Source: Penicillus capitatus
Lineage: Eukaryota > Plantae > Chlorophyta
Direction of reading: 5' to 3'
DNA length: 64,000 bases
Assembly: GCA_965649825.1 (NCBI GenBank)
Contig: OZ287694.1
Span: 1 to 64,000 of the forward strand
The notes under the pieces were generated by a model. It made no database searches and had not been told where the DNA came from. It saw nothing but the letters and a program-made list of their open reading frames with translations. Below, in pieces: positions 48,559 through 59,946 of the stretch. The translations under genes were made by a program, and so were the position numbers. Numbering within the stretch: the stretch's first letter is position 1; each line of letters starts with the position of its first letter.

Positions 48559-49986
48559 GACCCTTTCTTGGCCAACTGCGCTCGGATCTCTGTCGATGAG
48601 ATGTCCAGTCGAAACCCTTCGAGGGATTGGAACATGTCACGGAAGTCAGCAGGAATCTGCAGATCCTCGAAACGAAGGAACGTCTTGCCGCCGCCATCTG
48701 CCGCCGCCACTCTTCCGGCCACGAGGAATCGACATCCGCGATGACGGATCGTCTCCAACATCAGCAACATGTTGGCTTCCGTGCCTCCGTAGTACTTTGG
48801 ATCGAGAATTCGAATCGCCGTGTCGTAGCCGACGACAAAAGTACAGTCATGAAAGAGCACAGCCTTGTCTCGAAACATCGAGGCTCTGGTGAGGAGAACA
48901 GGAACATTGTGCTCTTTGAACTGGACCAGTCGCTGTCGGATGGTCTCTTCTGCCAAGAGTCCCTTGTCTGGATTGAGAATAGACAGCTCAAACATGCCCT
49001 TCTGTCCCGTCTGCTGCTCAGCTGCCTCGAGCATCTTCAAATGTCCCTCGTGGATCGGATTGAACGATCCTGGCAGCAGCAGGACGTTCCTTCGAGGCGC
49101 GTCCAACACAAAATGCGATGCACTGAACTCGACGCACTGGGCAGATCCACCGAGCAGGGCATGGACGGGATCGTCAAGGTCGATGACTTCGGCATCGAAT
49201 CTCTCTCGCTCCGAAGCGAGGAGAATGGATTTCATGGAAGACTCGACGTCTTCAGGTGGGATGACACCGACGGCACCGGCAAAGCTCATCAACAGCAGCC
49301 GACTCGACAGCAGTTCTTCCTCTAAGCGACGGCGATGGTCCTTCTCAAACTGGATCTCGTACATCCATCGTTTCGTGCAGCTCTGAATAGAAATGTTGCA
49401 CTTGTGAACACCTAAACCGTCGAGATGGTTAGAACCAGGGCAGAGATCTATCGATCTCTCAGATCTCGCCTTTCTTGGGTCGATTCGTCGCCAGTGCACA
49501 GGCCACACCAACTCCCATAATATCCCATTCACCCACAGGCGTCAGTTGCGCTGCCTTTTGGTAAGCAGCGGTTGCTAGACGGACCGTATGAGCCTTGTCA
49601 GAGTAGGAAGGCAGCGCGCCGCTACTCTCTAGCAGCTGTTCTGCCGATGTCTGGGCATAGGGGACAACGGCTTCCAATACGGTACTGCTGGCCCCAGGGA
49701 CCGAGATCAACCAGCCGAGTGCCGTGGCGGCGCCACCTGTCACATAGAAGACGGCTTTGGTCGATGTCGCGTGCACTGCGCCGACGAGGGCCTCGTCTTC
49801 TGCTTCCATGTAAAGTGACGCCCGAGTTGTGGCGAGATGACGTCCCGGGCGAAATTCGGTCCGCTGCCGAAGTCTCGTTGTCGTCCGTCGAGGAAGAGGA
49901 ATCGACCATCGGCCGAAAGGCGACCGTCGTGTATGCGAAGCCAAGAGCAGGCGAAGTGTTCTCTCACAGCTCGGCGCCAATCTCAT
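48555..49986 (-). CDS. Nucleotidyltransferase (NMNAT/cytidyltransferase-like, HxGH) with CinA-like N-terminal region
   Basis: VTGGAATALGWLISVPGASSTVLEAVVPY, LATNRPKK|GVHK, LPGSFNPIHEGH, FVVGYDTAIR, DISSTEIR. GC-AG intron at 49412-49469. Start is either 49986 or the later MEAED. Confidence 0.85.
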
Positions 49987-50130
49987 GGCAACCGTCCCAT
50001 CAGAAAACCACTACCCATGTAACTCTGAAACAGCATAGCTGCGAAACCTAAAGAACGATGCACAGTATATCGACATCGCTCGATGATGTGACGTCTGTTT
50101 CTGTGAGGCCACTGTCTACACGGTCGTTCA

Positions 50131-52430
50131 TCAATTCATGGAAGATGGATCGTGTGGACTATCTTTTAGGAGGACATGGAGATCCAGGCGAACTTCGCCT
50201 GCGGATGTCGTCTGCACGATGTCGCGTCCCTCCTTCGCCGCCAAAAAATTCAGCGACACAAACTCCGGCGGCTTTGCAGCCAGGAATTCAATCCCCCTCC
50301 GAATCACCCCCATCGATCTTGGCTTGTAGAGTTTGACAGTGCATTCATGACTAGTGCAGCAAAACAGACGATCTAGAGTAAGAAGGCGCCCTTCATCACT
50401 CTTGTCATCCTTACTGTCCGGCAGAGATCGGCAGATGCACACTGCCGTATCCGCGAATGACCTCTCTACCAAAGACATCCAATCCGTAGACAGCCAGGAC
50501 GATCTGTGGCCATCCGAATGGATTCCTCGAATGCCAGAGCGCCTCGATCGGGAAATTCCACACCAGACATCGACCACGTCGCCCTGTGCGATCATTGACA
50601 ACGTGTCATGACTGTATACCAATCATTCGTTCAATCGTCCTTGCCTGACACAGCAACTTGCGTCAAGCCGTCTTTCAATCCTTCAAGAAATGTCCAGTCT
50701 TTTCCCGATACCATTTCAAACTTGCAGTAAGCTTTGTACAATCCATGAATCTGCAAGTGCGTGAGAAGTGAGAGGGGTGGATTTAGAAGATCAAAGATGT
50801 GTCGTGTGCACGAGTCGGTCCGTCCATCTGCCAGTCCGTCGGGGTCGGGATGAAAAGCATACCTCTGCAGATGTCACTTGCCCGCTCACTGCAAAACAAA
50901 ACCCATCGAGAAAAGGCATGACGACGAAATGAGTCAAACGACCGATGGAGGAAAGGTTGACTCATCATCATGGTCATGATAAATAAATTAGAGAGAGAAT
51001 GGGAATCTTAATGGAACGAAAAGATCCAGCTCTGCTTGCCTCCTGGTCAGGCCTTCATCCAACCGCAGCTCTGCCTTGAGATTCCAGTTCTTATCCATAT
51101 CATTCAGATTCTGTTCCCCTAGTTTGAGCGCCGTCGAAAAACGGTGTCCAGATTCTGGCTGAAACCCAAGCGAGCATGACACCGCCGCACTCTTCAGCGG
51201 CTTGTAATCGCAGCTGATTCTCGCGCCTCTAAATTCACTGCGACACAGAAAACGAGACTCTCAGATGGCGAGGGCAAGGAGAAGGGAAAACGCATGCTGC
51301 ATCGATCGATGTCTTACGTGTCTTCGCCATCTAGCTGCGTTCGATACTCGAATCCGTTCTTGTTTTTGTATCCCAAACGCGTGTGCCATTTTGTCCCGCC
51401 GCCAGTAAACGGTCTCTTTGCCTGCAGCAATGCGCCAACAGGTGACATCCTTGCTGTATGTACATTCAATGGCTTCGCACCTGGACTTCGAAATCGCACA
51501 TCTCTGAGAGATTTCGAATGAGTTCTGCCTTGACGTGTTCGACACTGGTCACGGCGCCTTGAATGGCACCAGCTGTCTCCATGCGCACCGCCTTCCACGG
51601 AAGCTATCCAATGTGTGACAACACATGTGCGATCACAGCTGACAAGCAGCATCTCACTTTTTCATTACTCATTTCTGCCTTCAGCATCCAGCAACACCCA
51701 TTGAGTTCTTGCCTCTCGATACCGTGAGAAATCCTGAGTGCGTTTCGCAGGATGGGATACTTCATAGCGCCCTTCCATCTAAACCACACCAGCCATTCGC
51801 CAAGAACGGCCACAACAGCTTCTGGCTGACCGGAAATCGACATTGTCTGTCAGGTAGTGGATACGGATGGCGCCGTTGAGGGCCGTTTCAATCGGATGGC
51901 TCCGGACATCTGTCCGAAAGGTCAAATCATTTTCCTGTTCAAAATCACACTCGCCCAATTCACCTCTACACTCAACACACGCATCGATCTTCACACATAG
52001 CGGCAATCTACTCCATACCGGGAGGTGATGGAGACGGGGCCACCGGATCCGGATACCATCCAACTGGCGTTGTGGCCATCCATGGAGTTATAGTTGTACG
52101 CAACGAGCGCCGTGTCGCCATCGTGCTCCATTGTCCACGAGATCCGATAGGCCTCTCTCTGAACGAACGAACATACCAGACGATCTCCTCTCACCTCCGA
52201 CCCTGACCCACTTGAGGCGCATTCACTCGAAGTTGCCTCTTCCGCAGTGGTTCCGTTCGATAGGTTACAGCCAGATGACGTTCTCCGGCATCGCCATCTT
52301 CGTCCTCCAACGTAATCTCATGCCCCAAGCGCAATCCCCTATTGAGATTCTCTCGATAATGCTCTCTAGACACAGATCACCTCCTCATCACGCACAACCG
52401 CATGCGTGGATGCTCTTCTTTCTCAACCAT
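50131..52430 (-). CDS. Uncharacterised multi-exon gene (boundaries approximate)
   Basis: A chain of protein-like minus-strand ORF segments (52191-52373, 51991-52194, 51779-52063, 51604-51843, 51314-51652, 50988-51182, 50131-50622) separated by GT..AG-like gaps. No family recognised. Confidence 0.45.
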
Positions 52431-52768
52431 ACCGTTTCTGTAGTCTTCGCACGTGTCTACTGCGCAGAGGTCTCCCAGAACGACTTTTCTTTGGCAGTGG
52501 ACTCGACCCAGTCTCTCTTCGTATTCCTGTACAGAATCACCGTCAAACGACGCATCGCGAATCTGCCTTGGGAAACTGTGAGAGCTCTCCGCTTCGATAG
52601 ACGGTCGGTTATCGGTCGGTCGTCGCGTTGTTAGAGCAGCAGACGTGGACGGGGTGACGACATCTGTAGTGCCTCCCTTCGCCCATTCCGCAATAACAGC
52701 CCACAGCATCATCGCGACAGAATGACGAATTCTTTCATCCCATCTGCACGTCTGGCCGACGCCCAACG

Positions 52769-54478
52769 ATGTCGACGATTTACAATCTCGAGCCTCCGAC
52801 CAAAGGCAAAGTCTGTTTGACGACGACACTGGGCGACATCGAAATTGAACTGTGGCCCAAAGAAGCACCCTTGGCCTGTCGGAATTTTGTCCAGCTCTGT
52901 CTCGAAGGCTTCTATCTGAAAACGGCGTTTCACCGCATCGTGCCCAAATTCATGATACAGGCGGGTGACGAGACAGGTACGGGCAAGGGCGGGATATCCG
53001 TGTACGGCTTTTATTTCAAAGACGAATTCCATACCCGACTGCGATTCACGCATCGTGGCATCGTGGCCTGTGCCAATCAGAATGCACCCAACACGAACAA
53101 CTCGCAGTTCTTCATCACGTTGGATCGTTGTGAAGATCTCGACAAGCGTTATACGATCTTCGGCAAAGTGGTGCGCGGTCTGTGCATCGCAATGTGTGGA
53201 ATGGAGTGGTGTGGTGGTCAGGCCGGGGACACGATCTTCAACGTGGTCCGAATTGCAGAGGTGCCGACAGATCGAAATCATCATCCTCAGGAGACGGTGG
53301 CGATCACGGCAAGCGAGGTGCTGTGGAATCCGTTCGACGATATCGTTCCGAGGACACTCCCCTCAACAGAACACGCCGTCCGTGTCTTTGCAAGCATGAC
53401 ACGTGGGACATGTGTGTGCACCGACATATAAAGGAGGTGGAAAAGGGAGAACGTAAGAGGAAGAAGGAGGCGAAGAATCTGACGCTGCTATCTTTTGGAG
53501 ACGATGAAGAGATCGAGGAAATGGAGTCCAGCGGTAGAACCCCTTTCGTTCTCAACATCGTGTTTTGGAGAGTCGTTATAGGATGGACGAAAACAAAAGG
53601 GCAGCGCGATTCTAAGGAAAAAACGCAGGACGGCGATGAAGGTATGGCCGTTCAAGAATTGTGCGTTGCTGAGCAGATGCCGTTCAGCTGCAAAGCCTGC
53701 GGTCGTCTCGGAAGAAAAGGAGGAAGATCAGCAGAAGAAGGAGAGACTGGCCGCGTCTGTTCGCAGAGCGCTGAAGAAGCCAAAGACGACGGATGAAGAA
53801 ACGGTCCCGCAGCCATCCATGGAAGAGAAACTGAAAGAGAGGATTCTTGCAGAGAGGCGACAGAAGATGCAACACGTGGAAACGGTAGACCAATGGCAAA
53901 AGGCAGAAAGAGAATTCGCCTCTCTCTAGGAGAAAGAAGAAACCGAAGAGCAGCCGCCGCCCGAAGAGAAGGAAGAGGCTCGGGAGCCCATGGGATACGA
54001 CCGGCTGTACATTAAGCGCAAGAAAGCGGCGGAATCTGCCGAAGATACGAGTCTGATGGATGACGCCGGAAGAACACGAAGCCGATTGAAACAGAGGAAG
54101 AAACTCTACGGGGATCGGGAGAAGCAGACGCTGGAGCGACTGTCTCAGTTTCAGCAATCGCTGAAGACACAGACCAAAGCACAACAGCCGCCACAGGCAG
54201 CAGCCGCCACAACGGCGACGGAATCGACGGTTAATGTCGAGTTGCCTGCCGCCTGGAGAGTGGGCGACTATCTCAAAGACGTGGAGAGTATCGGTGTGGA
54301 GGAGCTCATGGTCCATCGTCTCGAATTCGACCATGCCAAGAAGGATGCCATGTCTCGGGACATGCACGCATTGGACGACTACATTGTCGTGGACACGCGC
54401 TACGAGAAATCGACGGCGGTGACGGGCGAGGACGAAGGGAAAGAGACCGAACGATGGGTCGGTCGACCCAACGTGTAA
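52769..54478 (+). CDS. CWC27: Spliceosomal cyclophilin CWC27 (CYP57-like); multi-exon
   Basis: MSTIYNLEPPTKGKV...IELWPKEAPLACRNFVQLCLEG, FHTRLRFTHRG, SQFFITLD, SEVLWNPFDDIVPR, NLTLLSFGDD; C-terminal DDYIVVD. Confidence 0.93.
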
Positions 54479-54510
54479 TCATACGCCATCTACGATGCAT
54501 CGATGGAGAG

Positions 54511-55431
54511 ATGCAAAATCGACGGGGAGGTCGGGCCATGTCTGTCATGAATTCCGCGAAGAAGCCGTCACAGCGTTCGAGGGTCCGACGGCTATGGGGT
54601 CTCTGTTGCGTGTGGTTTCTAACAATGCTCTTCGTTGGCTGGCTCCTGCAGCGTTCTGTACTTGGAGGTTCTGTCGCGCGACATTGTGTGCCCCCGTGGC
54701 AGACGTCCAAGGCAGCTGACGAGAAGCTACACCTGTGCATCACAACGATGTCGGATGCCAAAACCGATTCCGTCTTCCACAAAGACGCCCCACGCGATTT
54801 CTCCGGCGTACTGAACGCCACTTGGAACAACCGAATGGCTTACGCCACAAAACACAACTATGCCTTGATCAACGCCAGTGAACTGATCGATGTTCAGCGT
54901 CCCCCTGCCTGGAGCAAGATCCTGGCCGTTCAAGACGCCATGAGTTCAGGATGTGACTGGGTGTTTTGGATGGATGCCGATGCGCTGATCATGAACTCCG
55001 ACATCCAGCTAGAGGAGATCCTTCCCTCCAATCCCGATGCCCACTTAGTCATCACCCAAGATATCAATGGATTCAATGCAGGGATGTGGCTGATACGCAA
55101 CAGTCCTTGGGCGACAGATTTTTTGCGAGAGTGGTGGTCTATGACGAAGTTTATTCGCACGTCTGGACAGACGATCTCTGGCGACAACGATGCGCTGAAA
55201 GTGATCCTGCGTGAGAAGGAGGATGTGGCGGCGCATGTGTACATCGCTCCACAATGCACTATGAATTCCTATGTTTGGAATCCGAACCCGCGAAACTTTT
55301 GGAGATATCAACTGGACAACGCGAGACTGATTGAAAATGGACTTTATAAAGATGGCGATTTCGCTGTGCACTTTGCTGGAATCGATAATAAGATGCATTT
55401 CGTTAAGAAATTTAGTCAAAGAGCCACTTAG
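54511..55431 (+). CDS. GT34 galactosyltransferase (GMA12/MNN10 family), type II membrane protein, single exon
   Basis: N-terminal hydrophobic segment, RPPAWSKILAV, WVFWMDADALIMN (DxD), NAGMWLIRNSPW, DFAVHFAG. In-frame ATGs at 54511 and 54538. Confidence 0.9.
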   Translation: MQNRRGGRAMSVMNSAKKPSQRSRVRRLWGLCCVWFLTMLFVGWLLQRSVLGGSVARHCVPPWQTSKAADEKLHLCITTMSDAKTDSVFHKDAPRDFSGVLNATWNNRMAYATKHNYALINASELIDVQRPPAWSKILAVQDAMSSGCDWVFWMDADALIMNSDIQLEEILPSNPDAHLVITQDINGFNAGMWLIRNSPWATDFLREWWSMTKFIRTSGQTISGDNDALKVILREKEDVAAHVYIAPQCTMNSYVWNPNPRNFWRYQLDNARLIENGLYKDGDFAVHFAGIDNKMHFVKKFSQRAT

Positions 55432-55748
55432 AATGCACTGACGGACGGACAACAGCAGTTCGTGACTGAACCAATATGCCCTTGGAACACGGACGGACCC
55501 CAGTCTCCCGCATCTGTTCTTCAAGTCTCTCCGTTTAAACTTTATTATGCTCAAAAGACGACGGGTGCATTGGATATGACATGACGTCCTTGACGAGGAG
55601 TCTGCGTGGATGATAGATACTCAGCCTCGTGCATCTGTCCTCCGTCGCCTGACTTTGATAGCAGAGAAGGTTTTTTGTCAATGGGACCAGATTGTACCTG
55701 TGGATGTTGGGCGTGCATTGCGGGCTGGCGATGTGTGCCATGCTTTGT

Positions 55749-58700
55749 TTAGAATTCCATTTCTGCCGCTTCTTCCAACAGAATCTCGTAGGCTTCTGTG
55801 CTCCATCTCACGCCTTTCTCCTTGACGGTCTCGAGGTACTCGACACACTCGTTGCCTTTCAGACATCCTTGGCTGCGTTCCAGTCCCGTCATCCAAATAG
55901 ATTTGCTCCAGGGACAGGCACGGATGGATCGCAGAAAGACTCTCTTGAAATCGGAGTCTCTTCTTCTGGCGGCGGACTCCAGGTAGAGTCGCCAGAACAG
56001 TGGAGATGTACTGTGCTCGCCGTTTTTAAGAGCAGCTAGTCTATCGAAGAGTCCAGGTGTGTTCACCTTCTGCAGGGAGCGGAACTCTTCGAGCAGCACG
56101 AGCAGGGCAACGGTTTCCGTTCTCGGATTCTTAAGTACATGTGATGTGACGTCTACCAGTAGAGAAGAAATGGTGTGCGCTCGAACGTGCTCCTGGACGA
56201 GCTGCATCAGGAGGAAGAGATTGAAGGGATACACCATAAGGCTTCTCGAAACAGCACGCTTCATATCCTTCGGCTGAATTCGTGCTTTTGACAACCACAC
56301 ACCATACCTAAACATCACTCAAACGTCACATCACCCTCTTCTCACTCTTTTTTTCTTAAGGCGACGACTTTTCATAAAGAGCTTCACATTGTCTGGACAA
56401 TGGTATGAATCGCTCTGGCAGTCGATGGAGGACGTCTTCGAGACATTGAGCCGCTTTCGAATAGAACAGCTCCTCACGAAAGGCATCTGCCGTCTCAAAT
56501 GACACCAGCGCTTGGAAATGCGCATAACAGATGATGCATTCGTATTCGGACCAGGTGAGCTCTTCCAACAAGGCTGCATCCAGCCGCCGTTCAAAGAAAT
56601 CACGACAACGATATTGACAGGATGCATCACCGAGCACCCCTGCCGGCAGGACGGGAATCTTGTCCATTCCCGAGAGAAAAGGCTGGAGATAGGCGGCATC
56701 TTGTGTGACCAGGAACGCAATGAGCGATAACTGCACCATCGATGGCTCCGATCCTTCCAGCAATCGAAAGACCATGCTCAGCAGAGAGAAGGAAGGATCC
56801 GTGGCGGCAGCTTGGACGGCATTGGCCAGGACCGCCTTCCAGACGCGACGCGACTCCTGCATCCAAACTCATTCAGACGACCGGATGTGACAGAGGTGCT
56901 GGTCTCGCCTTGACGTTTCCCTGCTCGAACAGGAGTGAGGCGTAGGCAGTCCATAGATTCAGATCGTTCTGGTACTTCTGCAGTATGCGCCGCCCCACCT
57001 TCGTTGCCTTGACGGATCCTCCACTCTCGATATCTTCCACCTCGATCGCTGTCTTCAGCCAGAGATGCCGAATGCGAATGTCCGATAGAAAGAGCTGTGT
57101 ACTAAAGAACTCGAGAAGATGGAGAACAAAGCGTCCACACGGACGGCATTCCTGATACCAAGGAAGCACTTTGGCGCACAGATAGAAGGCCTCTCCCAGA
57201 ATGGAGCGGAGCGTCGAGGAGACCTGAACTGGCACTCCATCTGCACAGGCGCCGAGTCCAGCAAAGAAATGATCATTTGAGCACAGAAGCGCAGAAACGT
57301 CCAATCCTAAGGATGACCCAAACACATACGTCTTCTTATATGAAAGAAGAAGCATCGCACCGAGGAGATGGAGGCATCCCAGCAGCAGTTTCTTCTTGCT
57401 GCCGTTGTGGTCCACATCGAATAACAGTGGCTGCAGTTCCTCGAAAAGAACAAGCCGATCCACATCGCCGCCGTCTTCGGTATCTGGCTTCATCGGCAGG
57501 AAGAATGCATCCATTCTCTGCCGTTCCGTCTGCAAAAGCTTCGCGAGCGCTTCCGACGAAATCGATGCGACGTTCTCGAGCTCTTCGAGCTTGATCCCCA
57601 ATCTGCAGGAACACGGATGCGGTGTTAGGGGATCATACACGGACGCACTCTTTCATGAGCTCCGCTTCGGTCTCTTGATTTTCATCTTCGTTGTCCTCCT
57701 CTTCTTCCGACGCTTCCTCTTCGGGTGACTCTTCGTTCGCCCCGCCGCCGATTTCGAACCATCCAGACCATCCGCTGTCTGCCGGATCGGCTGGCGTGCT
57801 TTGCAGCCCTTCCACGGATGCTTTGGTTGTCGATGGCAGGGGTGGGATGTCCGGTTGGATGATCTTCGAGCGCACAAAGGCGGCGAAACCATCAGCGCCG
57901 TCCTCGCCAATCTTCGCCGACGTCACACTCTCCCAATACTCTCTGAAAAATACATGCAGCGTCTCTTCCGACAGTGCGTTCTTGTTGTCTGGCTGACAGA
58001 AGACCCATTCCAAGCAGCCCTACCACCATAGATCAAATGCATAGCCGCCGCCACAGACAACGAAGCGCATACCTGTATCTTGGCAATGCCCTTTTCTGTG
58101 TAGCCAGACTGAAGATCAAACTGCACGCCGCAAAGGAATGCAAGAATGACGTCTTCTTCTGCCTTCTCTGATTGGATGACAAGAGAGGCCCTCGTCTGCA
58201 GTCCTGTCTCGATTCCTTTGAGGCTTCCTTCGTAGACGCCACGCATCTTCTCGCATGAGAAATCTGAGAAGGTCGATTTCAGGTATGTCCAATAGCTTCG
58301 CCACAGTGACAAGGAATGCGGCAGACGGGACAGCATCGCCTGGTACTTGTCGTTGGATTCAGCAACCGATGACACAACGGTATTCAGCTGCAGCAACTGA
58401 CAGAGAAGCTCTTCGCTCCTGGGATGGTACTTCAGAGCGCTTGCCAGAATGGACAGCTTCTTCTCAGCGGTGGACGTCGTCGTCACCTGAGCCGCACAAA
58501 CGCACACGTCACATCAGGAAAGCTTGGATGGATCAGTACTCGGCGTCTCGTCAGAGATATTGCCTCGTCTTGATAGGCAGCATAACGCATCCATAAGGAC
58601 AGATCGTAAGGATTCTTTCGTAACTGGGTATTGAATTCTCGAGTACGACGCAAAACGCTCTCCTCGATGCTTTCCCTCATGGGCCGGGACATCTCCTGCA

Positions 58701-59416
58701 ACGCACATCGCATCAAGGGATCGGCAGCCTGAGTTTGTGCCGAATGCCGACCGCGTGCTCGTCTGCTGCACTGCTGCTGTTCAGTGGAATGTATTTTCTA
58801 TTGTCTTCAGAGACGCCTTCCACTCGATCCACCTTCAGTCGTTGCAGTTTCTTCGATCTCTCTCTGTGGACGAATCGCGGCGCGAAATACCGATCCGTCA
58901 GCAGTGATGATAGCCACCTGCACATAGACGTTTCTCAGTAACTGTCCACCCTGATAAAGAGCCGCCAACCTTGATACATGCATCGTATCCGTCACTGAGG
59001 AGCATCGATGATACGAGGGGACATCCAGTCGATAGAGGCCTTGATAAAGCAGATTCTGTCTGTCTCCTTTTTTGTCGACCACATAGATGTCGCTCTCTTT
59101 CCTGACACGCCAACCGTTCGTCTTCAGTCATATGTGCCAAGGCGCGCGTCTCTCACTTGGGTCGTTTGGTCTCTGGCAGGGCAGAGCCATCCCGTGTGCG
59201 TTTTTTCTCGTGGGTCAGTGACTCGGTATTCGAAACGATGTCTTCGGTTTCTTCATCGCTGGAGAAGAGCTCGGCCAAGTTTGAAGGCGTCGCGCTTTCT
59301 ACTGGGCGGAAACTCGAAAACGTGAGCGTGGACAGTGGCTTCTTCCGATTCGGATCGGTTGACAGCGCCACAGGAAACAAAGGCTTCGCATCGGCGTCCG
59401 GCGGATCCGAGCTCAT
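55749..59416 (-). CDS. NRDE2: NRDE2 (nuclear exosome regulator / RNAi factor) homolog; multi-exon
   Basis: TREFNTQLRKNPYDLSLWMRYAAYQDE, ILASALKYHPRSEELL, LQSGYTEKGIAKIQ, FLRSIRACPWSKSIWM. GC-AG intron at 56857-56908. Confidence 0.9.
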
Positions 59417-59627
59417 TGTCTTCCACAAAGATACGCGCGACCCGCTCGTCGTACCGTAATCTATAGCTAATACACAACGAACGCGCTCCATGGAGACGTC
59501 ACATCAAGGGGACAGAGATATCGCCTCGCAGACACGCCAAGAGCGAGGTCATGTCGAAACGAGGCGCTGGAGATATCGCCAACCAACGCCTCTGGTCTTC
59601 ATGGGTGTTTCTAACCGAAGTGGCATC

Positions 59628-59700
59628 GGGCTTCTAGCTCAAATGGGAGAGCGCTCGCTTTGCATGCGAGAGGTACGGGGATCGATACCCCGGAGGTCCA
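59628..59700 (+). tRNA. tRNA-Ala(TGC)
   Basis: gggcttctagctcaaatgggagagcgctcgcttTGCatgcgagaggtacggggatcgataccccggaggtcca, with G3:U70 and T4 downstream. Confidence 0.95.
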
Positions 59701-59760
59701 TGTCCTTTTGCCACACACACGCCGACGATAAGGACGACGGAATGCCGGACAAAAGAGTGA

Positions 59761-59834
59761 TGTCTTCGCCCGGGCTCGAACCGGGGACCTCCTGTGTGTG
59801 AGACAGACGTGATAACCAGCTACACCACGAAGAC
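59761..59834 (-). tRNA. tRNA-Val(CAC)
   Basis: gtcttcgtggtgtagctggttatcacg-tctgt-ctCACac-acagg-aggtccccggttcgagcccgggcgaagaca. Convergent with tRNA-Ala(TGC), 60 nt apart. Confidence 0.96.
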
Positions 59835-59946
59835 AGTCGACAACGACCCTCCATCTACAGCATGCGTCGCTGTCATGCTGACGGACCCCGTCGCCCTTCC
59901 ATTCGCCATAGATACGCGCCATGCAGACAGCCATTCTCAGATCGCC

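Noticed and set aside
53885-53929. In-frame TAG in CWC27 suggesting TAR-to-Gln recoding as in some ulvophytes
   Set aside because: It is explained by a 45-nt GTAGAC...CTCTCTAG intron. Long Gln-rich ORFs (NACHT-HEAT, SIN3 exon 1) contain no in-frame TAR, and several genes end in TAA or TAG.
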